From: an uncultured delta proteobacterium | GTDB lineage: Bacteria > Desulfobacterota > Syntrophia > Syntrophales > UBA2185 | Assembly: GCA_963695875.1 (NCBI GenBank) | Contig: CAVOID010000011.1 | Span: 192,001 to 256,000, forward strand | Length of the DNA stretch: 64,000 nucleotides | Reading direction: 5' to 3' | Shown: in pieces, positions 10,776 through 21,463 of the stretch | How the letters are laid out: the number at the start of each line of letters is the position of its first letter | How positions within the stretch are numbered: the first letter of the stretch is position 1 | Made by a program: the position numbers and the translations under genes | The notes under the pieces: generated by a model | Databases searched by the model: none | What the model saw: the letters and a program-made list of their open reading frames with translations, nothing else | What the model was told of the DNA's origin: nothing

Positions 10776-11370
10776 TCAATGCCTTCCTTTGGCTGGCGAT
10801 CTCGAAACAGCCATCAACTCATCCAAAACTTTTTTAATGGCACCTGCGACTGCCGCTGACCATGCCAGAACGAAGAGCAGGTCACTTAATCGATTGATAT
10901 AAACGATCAATTCCTCGTATGTTCCGGTGCTGCGATTGAGGCTTACGATCAGACGCTCAACCCGGCGGCACACGGAGCGAGCCAGATGGAGCGCAGCACT
11001 TTCCGGACAATCACCCGGAATTACAAAACCGCCGGGCATGCCGAACAAGTCAGTCATCTGATCAATCCAGTCCTCCAGCTTGTTTCACATCCTTTATGGT
11101 GATTCGATTTCCAAGTTGAGAAATCCGCTCTGCCGTCGAAGCCAACTCCGCACCAGCCACAAATAGATCTTTTTGAATAGCTCGAAGGATAGATCGCACA
11201 GATTCTTCCTGAATAAGGCTTCGAGCCATTCCGAGGTGAGATTGGAGTTCATCGAGCGCCCCATACGTGTTAACATGGAGGTCGTCCTTTTCGACAGTCT
11301 CTCCGCTCAAGAGTTTCGTCTGCCCTCGGTCGCCGAAACGAGTGTAGATTTTTCGCAAGACTTCAGCCAT
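10776..11370 (-). CDS. pduO: ATP:cob(I)alamin adenosyltransferase PduO, split by a +1 frameshift near 11085
   Basis: KIYTRFGDRGQT and YGALDEL in the first ORF; FVIPG, HLARSVCRRVER and YINRLSDLLF in the second. Confidence 0.9.
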
Positions 11371-11388
11371 CAGTAGTCAGCTTCACCG

Positions 11389-11667
11389 TCAGTTGCCTTC
11401 TTCAATGTCAATGCGATCAATGATGCCAATGATCGTAGCATCTACTGGACACTGATCGTCATTTACAGCTCTACGGGCGCCACTTCCCCTTACCAAGATG
11501 ACGCGCTCGCCGACGCCAGCCCCAACAGCATCCACGGCCACGAAAGGATCACCCTTTGGGACCAACCCTTCCTGATCCAGAGGCTGAACAATTTGTATCT
11601 TGCTTCCCACGAGGTTTTCGTGTTTGCGTGTGGCGACGAGAGTCCCGATCACTTTAGCAATTAGCAT
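11389..11667 (-). CDS. pduN: BMC-P pentamer (EutN/CcmL/PduN)
   Basis: AKVIGTLVATRKHENL, VAVDAVGAGVGE, PVDATIIGIID. Confidence 0.95.
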   Translation of the reverse strand: MLIAKVIGTLVATRKHENLVGSKIQIVQPLDQEGLVPKGDPFVAVDAVGAGVGERVILVRGSGARRAVNDDQCPVDATIIGIIDRIDIEEGN

Positions 11668-11687
11668 TATAAGTACCCTTTCTTATG

Positions 11688-12506
11688 TTAGCAAGCTCCG
11701 TCATTATCTGTCGTGAGGACAACCCCATACCGTTTGGCCAAGTCCTGAGCCAAGGGAGTCATTCCGGATGCATATCCGACGTTCAGATTCGCTCCCATTC
11801 GCCACGCATGAAGCACGTCAGCGGCGGTTACGAACCGTTTAGAAATGCTAAGAGTTGGCACAGGAGAGGCAGATGTGATCTCCCGTTGTTTAACGTCTGG
11901 GGCGTCTTCACTAATCAGCATAAATTTCACGGTGTTTCTAAGTTGTCGTATATCGGTTAAGGTACAGCCATAGTCCCCTACCGTTTGCAGACGCTGCGCT
12001 ATGGCCTGCTTCAGTGCCACTTTTCCTTTATGGAACCCGAGTTCCTCCCTTCCCTTATCACCGGGATCTGCACCATTTCTGGCCACGACCACGGGTTTCC
12101 CCATGAGGAGCGCATGCAGGATGATATTCGTAGCCGTGTTATCCGCGATCAACATGGATAACTTTGAAAGCGTGTTGAGGCTAAGCAACGGTACCACAAC
12201 AGCACGGGCGTCCTTCAAGAAAGCGAGCCATGTCGGAGGTTCAACCATGCTCACATGGGGAAAACCATCCAATTGCTGCTTAATTCCCGAGGAGATGAGG
12301 TGCTCCGCCGCCGGAGAAAAAGCCAATCGGACATGAAATCCATCCAAAATGAGATCGCGGACTTGCTGGACGGCCTCGCGAAACCCCACCGTGGCGGCAG
12401 TAAAGACAACCATAAGCTCGCCTTTGTCACCGAGCGCACCCAGGCGCTGGGCCAGTCTGTGAATGACCTTCACGATGATATCCTGGATCTGTTCTTCTTG
12501 GATCAT
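11688..12506 (-). CDS. BMC-associated flavoprotein-family protein with encapsulation-peptide-like N-terminus
   Basis: Starts MIQEEQIQDIIVKVIHRL; VVPLLSLNTLSKL..ALLMGKPVVVA; C-terminal FVTAADV..MTPLAQDLA. Confidence 0.75.
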   Translation of the reverse strand: MIQEEQIQDIIVKVIHRLAQRLGALGDKGELMVVFTAATVGFREAVQQVRDLILDGFHVRLAFSPAAEHLISSGIKQQLDGFPHVSMVEPPTWLAFLKDARAVVVPLLSLNTLSKLSMLIADNTATNIILHALLMGKPVVVARNGADPGDKGREELGFHKGKVALKQAIAQRLQTVGDYGCTLTDIRQLRNTVKFMLISEDAPDVKQREITSASPVPTLSISKRFVTAADVLHAWRMGANLNVGYASGMTPLAQDLAKRYGVVLTTDNDGAC

Positions 12507-13366
12507 CGGGTTTTTCCCATCCGGCCTGATTCTTTCCTCTCGGTTTTCAGGCAACTCAACGCAATGCCCAAAGGAGTGACCAGCAGAGGGGTTAACCGGT
12601 CTCTCCACAGAGAGGCCTGTCTCCATTTCCATCACCTCTTCGATTCCCGGGAAACAACTCGTACCACCGACCAGATAAAGAGAGTCCACCGGGTGTTGCT
12701 GCAAATGATGGCGCACGATGCTGGCCATTTTTTGGAACACGGGTCGTACCAGGGGAAAGATGGTTGATTGCTGCTGGGGATCAGTTTTTATTCTTTCCGC
12801 CTCATCGGTGCTAATTTTGTAGTGTCCGGCGATCACCAGGTCAACGTGGATCCCGCCGGTGGCTTCATCAGCCGTGTAAACCACCTCTCCATTCTTGAAT
12901 CACGGAAATACCTGTGGTGCCGCCGCCAATATCCACCACCGCTCCATCCGCAATCTCCAGTACGAGAGAAGCCGCAGTCGGTTCGTCAATCAGTCCGGAT
13001 ACCTGTAAACCGGCAGCCTGCCAGCACGTTGGCAAACGTCTGAGCGTTTCGTCCTATGGTGCCAGGAGGATAAGCCGCTGCTGCAGATTTAATGTGGAAG
13101 CCGGCTTCGCGGAGCAGTTTTACCTGTTGACGAACAATGCTAATGGCGCTTACGTAATCTAAGACCAACCCATCTCTTATGCTGGATCGGCTCCGAGTCA
13201 ATGCCCCCGCAACGGGTGCACCGGTGGCATCGACAACTGCAGTGACGGTATAGGCTGTCCCCAGGTCCACACCGGCAAACAAAGGTTCGCTGCGATGTCC
13301 GTTCCCGTTGAGTACCAGAGAAGACTCAAAGGCTAATAAGAGTTGATTGGCTGAATCTTTGATCAT
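12503..13366 (-). CDS. eutJ: EutJ-family chaperone-like protein, three +1 frameshifts (~13020, ~12898, ~12588)
   Basis: GVDLGTA, IRDGLVLDY, DEPTAA, VVDIGGGTTG, TADEATGG, YLVGGTSCFPG and (shifted) NPLLVTPLGIALSC. Confidence 0.85.
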
Positions 13367-13390
13367 CAAATTATCTCCATTCCGCTCAAA

Positions 13391-14017
13391 TCAAGACGCT
13401 TTTCCCGAGAGATTGAGAATAGATGTTTCCGCGGCTTTCGCGGCACGGGCAACATCGGATTCCTTACCGCCGATGTACAGCCGACCCACGGCGCCATATG
13501 TTCTGCAGTCAACCAGGGTGATCAGGGCGTTTTTCTCTGCTTCGTTGGCAGCAAGGGTTATGTACCCGGCAGGTACGACCTCGAGAATATATAGATCCTG
13601 TCCCGGCAGGAGCATGGAACACAGACGAGAGACGTTCACCATTTGAGCATGATAGTCGTTGACTTTATGAATGATTTGAGAACTGAGAATCTGTGGTTTG
13701 ACTCGGTCCTCCACCGTCATCCCAAGGGACGTGAGTACTGCATGGCCCGCTTGTTTGACGTCTGCTTGCGCCTTGGAGTGAAACTCGAGTACTCCGAAAT
13801 GACGTTCCACCACCATGAGTCCGGGGCGAACGTTGGCGGCTTTGAGAGCTGCATCCGTCAATTGGTTGATGATCACTCCCGGAGCAATTTCCACGAGAAT
13901 GGAGGCCATGCCGACCACGGGGATATAACCCCGCGCATTGGCCCCAAGGTAAGCAGCGAACTGAGGTTGTAGTCGATCTAAATAGACATACGCACGGAGC
14001 TCAACCATAACAGACAT
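13391..14017 (-). CDS. BMC-T double-stacking trimer (CcmP/CsoS1D-type)
   Basis: ELRAYVYLDRLQPQFAA, VEIAPG, VVERHFGVLE, LAANEAEK, YGAVGRLY. Confidence 0.88.
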   Translation of the reverse strand: MSVMVELRAYVYLDRLQPQFAAYLGANARGYIPVVGMASILVEIAPGVIINQLTDAALKAANVRPGLMVVERHFGVLEFHSKAQADVKQAGHAVLTSLGMTVEDRVKPQILSSQIIHKVNDYHAQMVNVSRLCSMLLPGQDLYILEVVPAGYITLAANEAEKNALITLVDCRTYGAVGRLYIGGKESDVARAAKAAETSILNLSGKAS

Positions 14018-14114
14018 CCTTTTCTGTGCTCATCTACTAAACTGACCTTATATACCAAAAGCGCCTGTCATCGTGAGGGAGTGAAACCTCCCCGGGTCAT
14101 TAATCTCTCATAAC

Positions 14115-14636
14115 TCAGGAGATTTGGGGTTTGCTTTTTCCCCGTCCTTTGGGCTTGTATTTATGAGGCGTTGCGTGTTTCCGAGCTTTTGGGCTTCTCC
14201 CGTCTTGCTTTTCGGGACCTCTATGGTCGGGCAATTCTGTCGGCCGGACAGGAACCCGAGAAGTTCCTCCATCTTCAATGATCTTGGGCGGTTCTGCCAA
14301 GCTTTTTTCCAGGGGTGGCGGAGCAGAAGGTGGCGCTGTCTCCTTCGTTTTCTCGGGACCTTTGGGACCAGGCTGGCTGATCCGCAGTTGGCGATCTGGT
14401 CTCGGAATCACATGCACAGATATCACCTTGCCGACCTTTTCTGCCGCTGCTGCCCCTGCTGAAACCGCCGCTTGGACTGCAGCCACATCACCGACCACTT
14501 TTATTGTAACCAGACCTGCTCTTGCCAGGTCATAACCAAGCAGAGAAACCAAGGCAGCCTTGCTCGCTGCGTCTGCAGCAACGATCGCTGGCACAAATCC
14601 CCAGGTTTCGATCAATCCGAGGCTATTGTTTTTCAT
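14115..14636 (-). CDS. BMC-H shell protein with Pro-rich/basic C-terminal extension (PduK-like)
   Basis: SLGLIETWG..AADAASKAA..GDVAAV..HVIPRP followed by a low-complexity tail. Confidence 0.88.
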   Translation of the reverse strand: MKNNSLGLIETWGFVPAIVAADAASKAALVSLLGYDLARAGLVTIKVVGDVAAVQAAVSAGAAAAEKVGKVISVHVIPRPDRQLRISQPGPKGPEKTKETAPPSAPPPLEKSLAEPPKIIEDGGTSRVPVRPTELPDHRGPEKQDGRSPKARKHATPHKYKPKGRGKSKPQIS

Positions 14637-14786
14637 CGTTTATCCCCTCTTTCCGCAACCGCGGATCTTATAACTCCCCACTCTGACATTTTCGGATCGC
14701 ACAATCGTCGTTCGATAAAATGGGGCCATTTATTATTCACTATATCGGTTTCAGGGTTTGCGGATCCATGCCGGTCAATTTTCAGA

Positions 14787-15242
14787 CTATTCAGCATAAC
14801 ACTTTAGTATTTCATCAAGTATCAGATTGATCAGCTCCTCCGATTCATCTTGAGGATTCCTTAGAGAATCATCAACGCCAGCAAGAGAGGCCCCGTTACT
14901 GCGAAAGACGAGGGGTTGCCCCTTGACCAAGCGGGCGGCATTGATTCCCAGGCGACGCAAACTGACGGGCTGCCAGGGTTTGGTTGTAAGAGAAAACAAT
15001 GGAGTCTCGGTCGGTAAATCATGGTGATGAAGAATAACCTCACCACTTCTACCTATACCGATACCTACATTGAGAGGCGAACCATCGGCAGCCTGCTTAG
15101 CAAGATCTACAATCGGCCCGTTGCTCACTTCGCGGATTTCGAACGGGATTCCTTCTTCTTCCAGACCCCAGAGTACAGGTTGAAAGGAATCGGTCAAAAC
15201 AGAGCGGGCCTTAAATATCCATATTGCGGGATGCTGGTTCAT
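14787..15242 (-). CDS. pduH: Diol dehydratase reactivase small subunit
   Basis: VLWGLEEEGIPF, SPLNVGIG, LGINAARLVKGQP. Confidence 0.9.
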   Translation of the reverse strand: MNQHPAIWIFKARSVLTDSFQPVLWGLEEEGIPFEIREVSNGPIVDLAKQAADGSPLNVGIGIGRSGEVILHHHDLPTETPLFSLTTKPWQPVSLRRLGINAARLVKGQPLVFRSNGASLAGVDDSLRNPQDESEELINLILDEILKCYAE

Positions 15243-17083
15243 GCTGCTCCCTTTTCCTCATGGGCAAGGATGAGACCCGTGGCCACGGCGTTACGCGGGC
15301 CTTCTATGCCTCGAACATTCGCTCTGCCAGTTACAACCCCGTATTCGCTGAGTGCATCCGAAATCATTTTGGGTATTTCAAAATCTAATGCTGAACCTCC
15401 CACCAGAACCACGAAGTGTATCAGCCGGATGTTTCCTGCTGGGGCCACTCTTTTTAATGCGCGGAGGGCATTGCTGACAAAAACCTTGCGTTTAGCCTGC
15501 TGGCGAACGGCGATAAACTGTTCCAGCGTTGCCTTGGCGTCGAGAGGTATGAGCCCGGTATCGGTTACGATGGCCAGCCGCCCGAAGAATTTTGGGTCCA
15601 GCACCTTTTCAAAGAATTGCACGGAACCGTCTTCATGTCGTATGTGTAAAAGGCTGTCCACTCTTGCCAGAGGGTAGCGCTTGATGTCTTCTGCGAGTTC
15701 TTTGTCTTCAAGACCCAATTCCGTGTCTATGAGCAAGGTTACCATCTCGCCCGCGCCAGCCAGATGAATGCTTTGAATCATCCCATCTTCCGAGATAAAC
15801 GCGGCATCCGTGGACCCTCCCCCAAGATCCAGGATGGCCAAGGGGGGGCTGGTTCCTGGAGTGGTTAAAGCTCCACGGACAGCCATCTCTGCTTCAACTC
15901 CGCCGACGGCACAAGAAACAAGGGTCTCATCCTCAATCTTTCTCGCCAGGCGCTGCATGGGGAGCCTGTGCGTTTCCACCATGGCGGCTAGCCCGACCGC
16001 ATTTCCCAAAGTGTATTCACCTGCCAAGGCCCCCAGAACCCTCTGGGGTTTAAAAGTGCCCACCGCAAGGATATCGCGTACCGTGATCTGTTGGACCGGC
16101 TGATCCGTCAGCTCAGCCATGACCTTTCTTACCTGTTCAAACATTCCCCCCACATTAGTGCCCGGTTCCGCCTGGATTTCCACAAGAGGGGAAATCTCTT
16201 CCGTGCGTGCCATGATGGCCTCGGCCCCCTCCTCAACCTGCACCTGGGCCTTCTGGTTCTTGCCAATGAGGATAAGCTTTCCTGCGGGAATCCGTCGCTC
16301 CTGAATATCTCCCTTTGGGGTCTTAATGACGACGGCGCTACGGATGCCCGTAAGGGCTCGCGCTACGGGAACAATCCGACGGGTTTCTTCGGAGTCCAGA
16401 TTGAATATGGTGGCAATGTCATAGGGATTGGAGAGCTTTTCGATAGTTCTCCCGGGAGGCGCTACCTCCACCGCCGCCAGCATTCCCAATGGGACACGAT
16501 CAATGTGTTCCACCTCGTCAACGATGGGGATGGGGCGGAGTAAGCGATTGTGAATGAGCACGCCGTCATCATTCCGGATAATTGCTCCGACAATCTCTTT
16601 GCCTTGCGCAACGAATTCATTGATGCGGGCTGCCGCTTCCCGAAAATCCACTGTTTCGGGCATGACGAGTATCCATTTCTGACCGGGGACTGCCGATGCC
16701 AAAGAATCTAAGGCGATGGTCGTTCCCACTCCTAAACCTTCGCCGCCAGGAGTTGAAGGGTTATGACCGATCATGGCCGATTCGGTGATGATTGTTTCGG
16801 TGATCGTCTCCATAGCCACATCACCGATGACCGGGGTAGCTTCATTGAGAAGAATCAGGGAAAGATTTTTGCGCTGCAAGGCCAAGGGTTTGAGAGCCGT
16901 ATCGAGGGCAAAGATTACCCCCATGGCATTTTGAATGGTACCTTTGATGCCCACTGTCCGTACAATTGCACTCGAAAGAAAGCTGACCTTTCCCTGTTGG
17001 TTTACCTCCGCTATGGCGACCTCGGTTGTATTGTTACCAACATCAACGCCCGCAATGTAGGCCATGATGGTCTGCTCCATCAA
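15239..17083 (-). CDS. pduG: Diol dehydratase reactivase large subunit
   Basis: AGVDVGNNTTE, TITETIITESAMIGHNP, DLGGGSTDA, GPRNAVATGL. Confidence 0.95.
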   Translation of the reverse strand: MMEQTIMAYIAGVDVGNNTTEVAIAEVNQQGKVSFLSSAIVRTVGIKGTIQNAMGVIFALDTALKPLALQRKNLSLILLNEATPVIGDVAMETITETIITESAMIGHNPSTPGGEGLGVGTTIALDSLASAVPGQKWILVMPETVDFREAAARINEFVAQGKEIVGAIIRNDDGVLIHNRLLRPIPIVDEVEHIDRVPLGMLAAVEVAPPGRTIEKLSNPYDIATIFNLDSEETRRIVPVARALTGIRSAVVIKTPKGDIQERRIPAGKLILIGKNQKAQVQVEEGAEAIMARTEEISPLVEIQAEPGTNVGGMFEQVRKVMAELTDQPVQQITVRDILAVGTFKPQRVLGALAGEYTLGNAVGLAAMVETHRLPMQRLARKIEDETLVSCAVGGVEAEMAVRGALTTPGTSPPLAILDLGGGSTDAAFISEDGMIQSIHLAGAGEMVTLLIDTELGLEDKELAEDIKRYPLARVDSLLHIRHEDGSVQFFEKVLDPKFFGRLAIVTDTGLIPLDAKATLEQFIAVRQQAKRKVFVSNALRALKRVAPAGNIRLIHFVVLVGGSALDFEIPKMISDALSEYGVVTGRANVRGIEGPRNAVATGLILAHEEKGAA

Positions 17084-17325
17084 ATCTTGCTCAAAGAATC
17101 TCTACCCAACAATTCACCAAACAGTTACCCAAAACATTCGAGGTGAGACGTTTGGTTGAGCAAGCTCCTCTGTTGGCGCTCATCACATTCCCATCGGGAA
17201 ACTCACCCCGATTACTTGATCGGGTGAGAATGGACCATGCCTCTACCGCTTTTTCAATATCACCCGCAGGGGGACCGGCCTATACCCACAGTTCAATCTC
17301 TTGGGCTTTCTCGACGGAAACGCTG

Positions 17326-17889
17326 TTATTCTCGACGCAACCGACCCCGCTTTTCATAGACCTCTGCCGCTTCCCGCACCAGAGCGGCACAGATGCGAGC
17401 CTGGTATTTTGATTCCAGTTCAGTGGCAATATCAAGCATCTCTTTTTTGGTGGAGCGATAGGGTCTCAAGGATTCATAAACCTCCAGGACACGCTGGTCT
17501 GAAAGGCGCGTCAACTCCGCAGCCCGCCGGATATTGTTGGCCAGTTGCGGCCTCCCACAGGCTTCAGCGATTTGCGCCTGATATTCCAGAGTCTCCGGGC
17601 GTATTTTCATGTCCTCAAAAGCGATTTTCCCACTCGCCACCTTGTCCAGGGTTATATCGGCAAGGCTAAGACCGGTGGACGTTTTCACCAAATCGGGTCG
17701 TTTTTGGGCTAAAGGATAATCTCTCTTCGGGTCAAGTCCCTTGTTTGCAGGCGTCTGGCCGCCCATGGAACTCTCACTCAGGACCGTCACGACTCTCTTC
17801 ACCGCTTCCTTGATAAGCTCGGGAGAGACATTAACTCCTTTGGTCTGGGCCATGCGTTCTATCATTTTCGATAATTGTTCATCGCTCAT
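17326..17889 (-). CDS. pduE: Diol dehydratase small subunit
   Basis: DYPLAQKRP, RRAAELT, LRPYRSTK, EAAEVYEKRG. Confidence 0.95.
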   Translation of the reverse strand: MSDEQLSKMIERMAQTKGVNVSPELIKEAVKRVVTVLSESSMGGQTPANKGLDPKRDYPLAQKRPDLVKTSTGLSLADITLDKVASGKIAFEDMKIRPETLEYQAQIAEACGRPQLANNIRRAAELTRLSDQRVLEVYESLRPYRSTKKEMLDIATELESKYQARICAALVREAAEVYEKRGRLRRE

Positions 17890-17952
17890 CGTCGACTATT
17901 CCTCCCACAAGTTGTGTGCCTTTCACTGCCCGAGGCGAAGTCAGAGGCCATG

Positions 17953-18597
17953 CTAAAGTTGAATCGTGACTTCCTGGGCCTGTTTATCCGGCTTCACGTA
18001 CTGGGTCTCTTTGTTGTGAAGCAGCGCTGCAAGTCCCTGGTACCGAGGCCGAGCCATGGGATCGTTACGCACCCGCAGAGGGCGGGGACTTTCCCCTTTC
18101 GCATATTTCGCGGCATTGCGCCCAATTGCGCGAAACATTTCCAAATCCACAAGAGGGGATTGCGAGAACAATTCCAGATTCTGAAGGGGTTTGAGATCTT
18201 TCTGATGGATGACGGTAGTGCCCCGGGAAAGGATGCCGATCCCGATTCCTGAACCACTGAGTTTCGCGGCTTCGTGAGCTATTTGCGCAACGTCCGCCGT
18301 CCGATAGATTCTGACCAGACGTGCCTTGAGGCCTTCCTCCTCGATGCCGGCGATGATCTCTCTCAAGACCTGCTGGTGGGGAATGCCGATGATGGTTTTG
18401 TTCATCACCGTACCGAATGCGGGGGGCACCGCAATGACTACCTCATTCTTGGTAACGCCGGTCCTGGCAACGCCGATTTCTTTGATTGCCAGCGGGGTTC
18501 CGCCCTCCTTGAAAGATCCGGCAGGTTGTTTTCCCGCCTCCATTTCCCGCAAAACTTCTAGGATAATTTCCCTGACTATATCTTCGGTAATGTTCAT
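17953..18597 (-). CDS. pduD: Diol dehydratase medium subunit
   Basis: EVVIAVPPAFG, AGIEEEG, LSGSGIGIGI, NLELFSQ; N-terminal encapsulation peptide. Confidence 0.95.
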   Translation of the reverse strand: MNITEDIVREIILEVLREMEAGKQPAGSFKEGGTPLAIKEIGVARTGVTKNEVVIAVPPAFGTVMNKTIIGIPHQQVLREIIAGIEEEGLKARLVRIYRTADVAQIAHEAAKLSGSGIGIGILSRGTTVIHQKDLKPLQNLELFSQSPLVDLEMFRAIGRNAAKYAKGESPRPLRVRNDPMARPRYQGLAALLHNKETQYVKPDKQAQEVTIQL

Positions 18598-18620
18598 TTT
18601 TCTGCCTCCCTCACTCATGC

Positions 18621-20288
18621 CTAAACATCTTCAGGACTGATGGCTTGCGGGATGTCCTTCAAGATTTCCCACCTTTTACCTTCGAGACGATATCCGGTAC
18701 CGGGTCCCTGGTAATCGTTGAGGTCGTTAACCGCGCTCAATACATCGAAATTGGGTTCCAGAATGGCTGAGGTATGGAGATAATCGCCGGAAATTTTTTG
18801 CTTGAGAATGCCCAGCACCGCTTCCGCCACGTCACGGAATCCATGTTTTACTAATGCGCGCACCGCGTCGACTCCGTTGCCGCCACGCTTCATGAAATCT
18901 TCAATGGCGCGGAGATCTTCTGTCACATTACGGTCAGGCACGTCCTTGCTGCCATGCGCATATGTGACGGCTTCAACCTCTTCGTCCGTTATCGGCGGAA
19001 GCCCCACTTCCTTAAACACGGCCTGCAAGGCGCGGGCGCCCTTGTTGCGGATCGCGATGACGTCAGCTTCTTTTACCGGGTGCAGGCCACCGTCAATCTG
19101 AAGGTCGCGCTGCAAAACCAGCCAGTCGTCATAATCGTCACAGTCATGTGTGGAGCCGGCAAACATGTTGTCATAATTGGGCACCGAACTGTAGCCCGAA
19201 ACGATCAGGTCCGTACCGGGGAGAAACTGCATGAGCATGCGAGCCGTATTGCGAATGGGCGAATGGGTGAATGTCTGGTCGTTGCCCGAGGCCACTTCGA
19301 GGTCCAGCAGGACCGTGGCGACGTTTTCCGCGAGCACCGCGCGAATGCCGGAGGGAACGGATCCGGGAACACCGATGCAACTGATGGAACCATTTTGCAC
19401 GCCCTGGACGCCTACTCCCTTGGCGAGCATCACACAGCGAATCTCCAGGTATAGCATGGACTTGCCATCGGCATAGCCCATCTGCACCTCCGAACCGGTC
19501 CCTGAAGTGTACCGCATCTTGAGACCTCGCGAGGCATAGGCGGAAGCGAGATACGCTTTTGACCAGGGAGTATCATCTCCGTCCACGAATACCTGCTCGG
19601 TACCGTACACAGACACCGTTTCCGCATAGGCCGTGAGTCCGCGCATACCCATGCTGAGTTCGAGCGCTTCCTCCACGGCGCACTGGTTGATGACACCGGG
19701 GCGGCCCGTCTGGGCGCCCACCAATAAGGAAAGAGCATTCATGGGAGCATAGCGCCCCACCCCCACGGTGGTTTCCTCTTCCGTAAAGCCACGAAAGGCC
19801 GCTTCCGCGGCATCCGCCGCCAAGAGGGCAGGATGATCTTTCAGATTGGTCACGTGGGCCTGATTGGAAGGCGTGCGGCGGGGCCGCATCTTCTGCATGG
19901 CCATCATCAGCTCAACCACATTCATCTTCTTGAAGACATCCAATATTTTGGCCGGCGTCAGTCCTACGGAAAGGCGCACAATTTCCGCGCGAGGCACATT
20001 GATGTCCACGAGCATCCGGGCAAACTGGGTCGAATCAATGGCCATGGCCTTCTCAGCTATCGAGGTGTCGATAGAATGGTCGGCAATCCATAAATCAATC
20101 ATGTCAAACTTCTCACGGGGTTTCCCGTCAAGTTCGACAATCTTACCGTTTTGGATCTTGATTCCAGGTGCTGGATCATTTGGGCTGTCCATCGCAACAA
20201 GGCCCACTTCCATCCACTCCTTGATAAAGCCGTCCTTGTTGACTGGACGCTGGGCCAGCACCTCAAAGCGCTTTTGTCTCTTACTCAT
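18621..20288 (-). CDS. pduC: B12-dependent diol/glycerol dehydratase large subunit
   Basis: KRFEVLAQRPVNKDG, EEETTVGV, AETVSVYGTE, DGDDTPWSKA, GNDQTF, YDNMFAGS. Confidence 0.97.
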   Translation of the reverse strand: MSKRQKRFEVLAQRPVNKDGFIKEWMEVGLVAMDSPNDPAPGIKIQNGKIVELDGKPREKFDMIDLWIADHSIDTSIAEKAMAIDSTQFARMLVDINVPRAEIVRLSVGLTPAKILDVFKKMNVVELMMAMQKMRPRRTPSNQAHVTNLKDHPALLAADAAEAAFRGFTEEETTVGVGRYAPMNALSLLVGAQTGRPGVINQCAVEEALELSMGMRGLTAYAETVSVYGTEQVFVDGDDTPWSKAYLASAYASRGLKMRYTSGTGSEVQMGYADGKSMLYLEIRCVMLAKGVGVQGVQNGSISCIGVPGSVPSGIRAVLAENVATVLLDLEVASGNDQTFTHSPIRNTARMLMQFLPGTDLIVSGYSSVPNYDNMFAGSTHDCDDYDDWLVLQRDLQIDGGLHPVKEADVIAIRNKGARALQAVFKEVGLPPITDEEVEAVTYAHGSKDVPDRNVTEDLRAIEDFMKRGGNGVDAVRALVKHGFRDVAEAVLGILKQKISGDYLHTSAILEPNFDVLSAVNDLNDYQGPGTGYRLEGKRWEILKDIPQAISPEDV

Positions 20289-20305
20289 AGGTTGCCCCTT
20301 CTCTA

Positions 20306-21124
20306 TCAAATGTATGGTTGAGTTACAGACTTGGGTTCCTGACCCCATGCACCAAGCAGCTTGATTCCTATTTCACGGCTGGCCGTCACAGCCTGGCGCA
20401 CTGCACCCGAGTCTCCGGTTACCCATATCATGACTTCATTGGTGAGGCTCGTTCCTTTTGCGGGAGAAGCATAACCCACCACTTGGACATCCGCCGCCTT
20501 GACTGCCGTATCGATCATCAATACGCCGATCACTGCGGGCGCCCCAAGAATCAACCCGAAAGCTTTCCCTTCGGGAGATTTGAATACGTAATTCAAGCAA
20601 CGGCTGGCGCGGGCGGTGTATTGTAGTTCAAGATGCCCCTGGTCGTTGGCATAGACATCCCCAAAATATTTTGGTAAGACTTCCAGCGTCACTTCCACCG
20701 CGCGCCGGGCATCAGATACATCCTCTGCGCCGAATATGATCAAATTTCCGTGACCGGCTCCACCCTTTGTATCTCGGGGCATTTCGACGGCAAGTATTTC
20801 GGTGTTGGTGGCCTTCACGGCTTCATCTGCTGCCATGATTTGAGGGCCTGCCCCAACACGGCCGCCGATCACTCCGACTGCACGATACTTTTCGGGGATT
20901 CCCATTAAAGTGTGAATGGCAGGGTCAAGGTTGGCAATGACAATCCCCTGTGTGTCTCCCAAGCCTAGTCCAACAAACTCCGTTACCTGAACCAGGTCGG
21001 GGTTGGGAAGCACCGTCTTGGGGCCACCTCCCTCAGATTCTTTCGGATTCGCTTTCCCGGAGGACGCAGAACCCACCCTTTTCATCACCTCTTGCATGAC
21101 TCTGTTAATCAGTTCCTCTTGCAT
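20306..21124 (-). CDS. pduB: BMC-T shell protein PduB
   Basis: TEFVGLGLGDTQG, PRDTKGGAGHG, GHLELQYTARAS, GDSGAVRQA. Confidence 0.95.
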   Translation of the reverse strand: MQEELINRVMQEVMKRVGSASSGKANPKESEGGGPKTVLPNPDLVQVTEFVGLGLGDTQGIVIANLDPAIHTLMGIPEKYRAVGVIGGRVGAGPQIMAADEAVKATNTEILAVEMPRDTKGGAGHGNLIIFGAEDVSDARRAVEVTLEVLPKYFGDVYANDQGHLELQYTARASRCLNYVFKSPEGKAFGLILGAPAVIGVLMIDTAVKAADVQVVGYASPAKGTSLTNEVMIWVTGDSGAVRQAVTASREIGIKLLGAWGQEPKSVTQPYI

Positions 21125-21175
21125 CGGATATCACCTCCCGGTTCTCTACAATTATGGATATGTTCCTATTTCCAG

Positions 21176-21463
21176 CTATTCGTTAATAGGGAGTTGCGGC
21201 AAGATCTTTTCAACATCCTGGTGTGGCCTGGGTATCACGTGTACCGAAACAACTTCTCCCACTTTTTGTGCAGCGGCCGCACCTGCGTCGGTGGCTGCTT
21301 TCACCGCTCCCACGTCGCCTCTCACCATGGTGGTCACCAGACCTGACCCGATCTTCACATACCCGACCAACTGGACGTTGGCAGCTTTAACCATGGCATC
21401 CGATGCTTCGATCATGGCGACCAGCCCCTTTGTTTCAATCAATCCCAATGCTTCTTTTACCAT
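21176..21463 (-). CDS. pduA: BMC-H major shell protein PduA/EutM
   Basis: [44 protein letters not shown]. Confidence 0.95.
   Translation of the reverse strand: MVKEALGLIETKGLVAMIEASDAMVKAANVQLVGYVKIGSGLVTTMVRGDVGAVKAATDAGAAAAQKVGEVVSVHVIPRPHQDVEKILPQLPINE

Noticed and set aside
10770..10780. In-frame TGA between pduO and GlcG (readthrough or selenocysteine)
   Set aside because: The downstream GTG has its own AAGGAAGG RBS, the position is a linker, and no SECIS-like hairpin is recognised.
11688..12884. 398-aa ORF suggesting an EutJ-flavoprotein fusion
   Set aside because: Created by a +1 insertion near 12588; the repaired eutJ stops at ~12503, overlapping the flavoprotein ATG.
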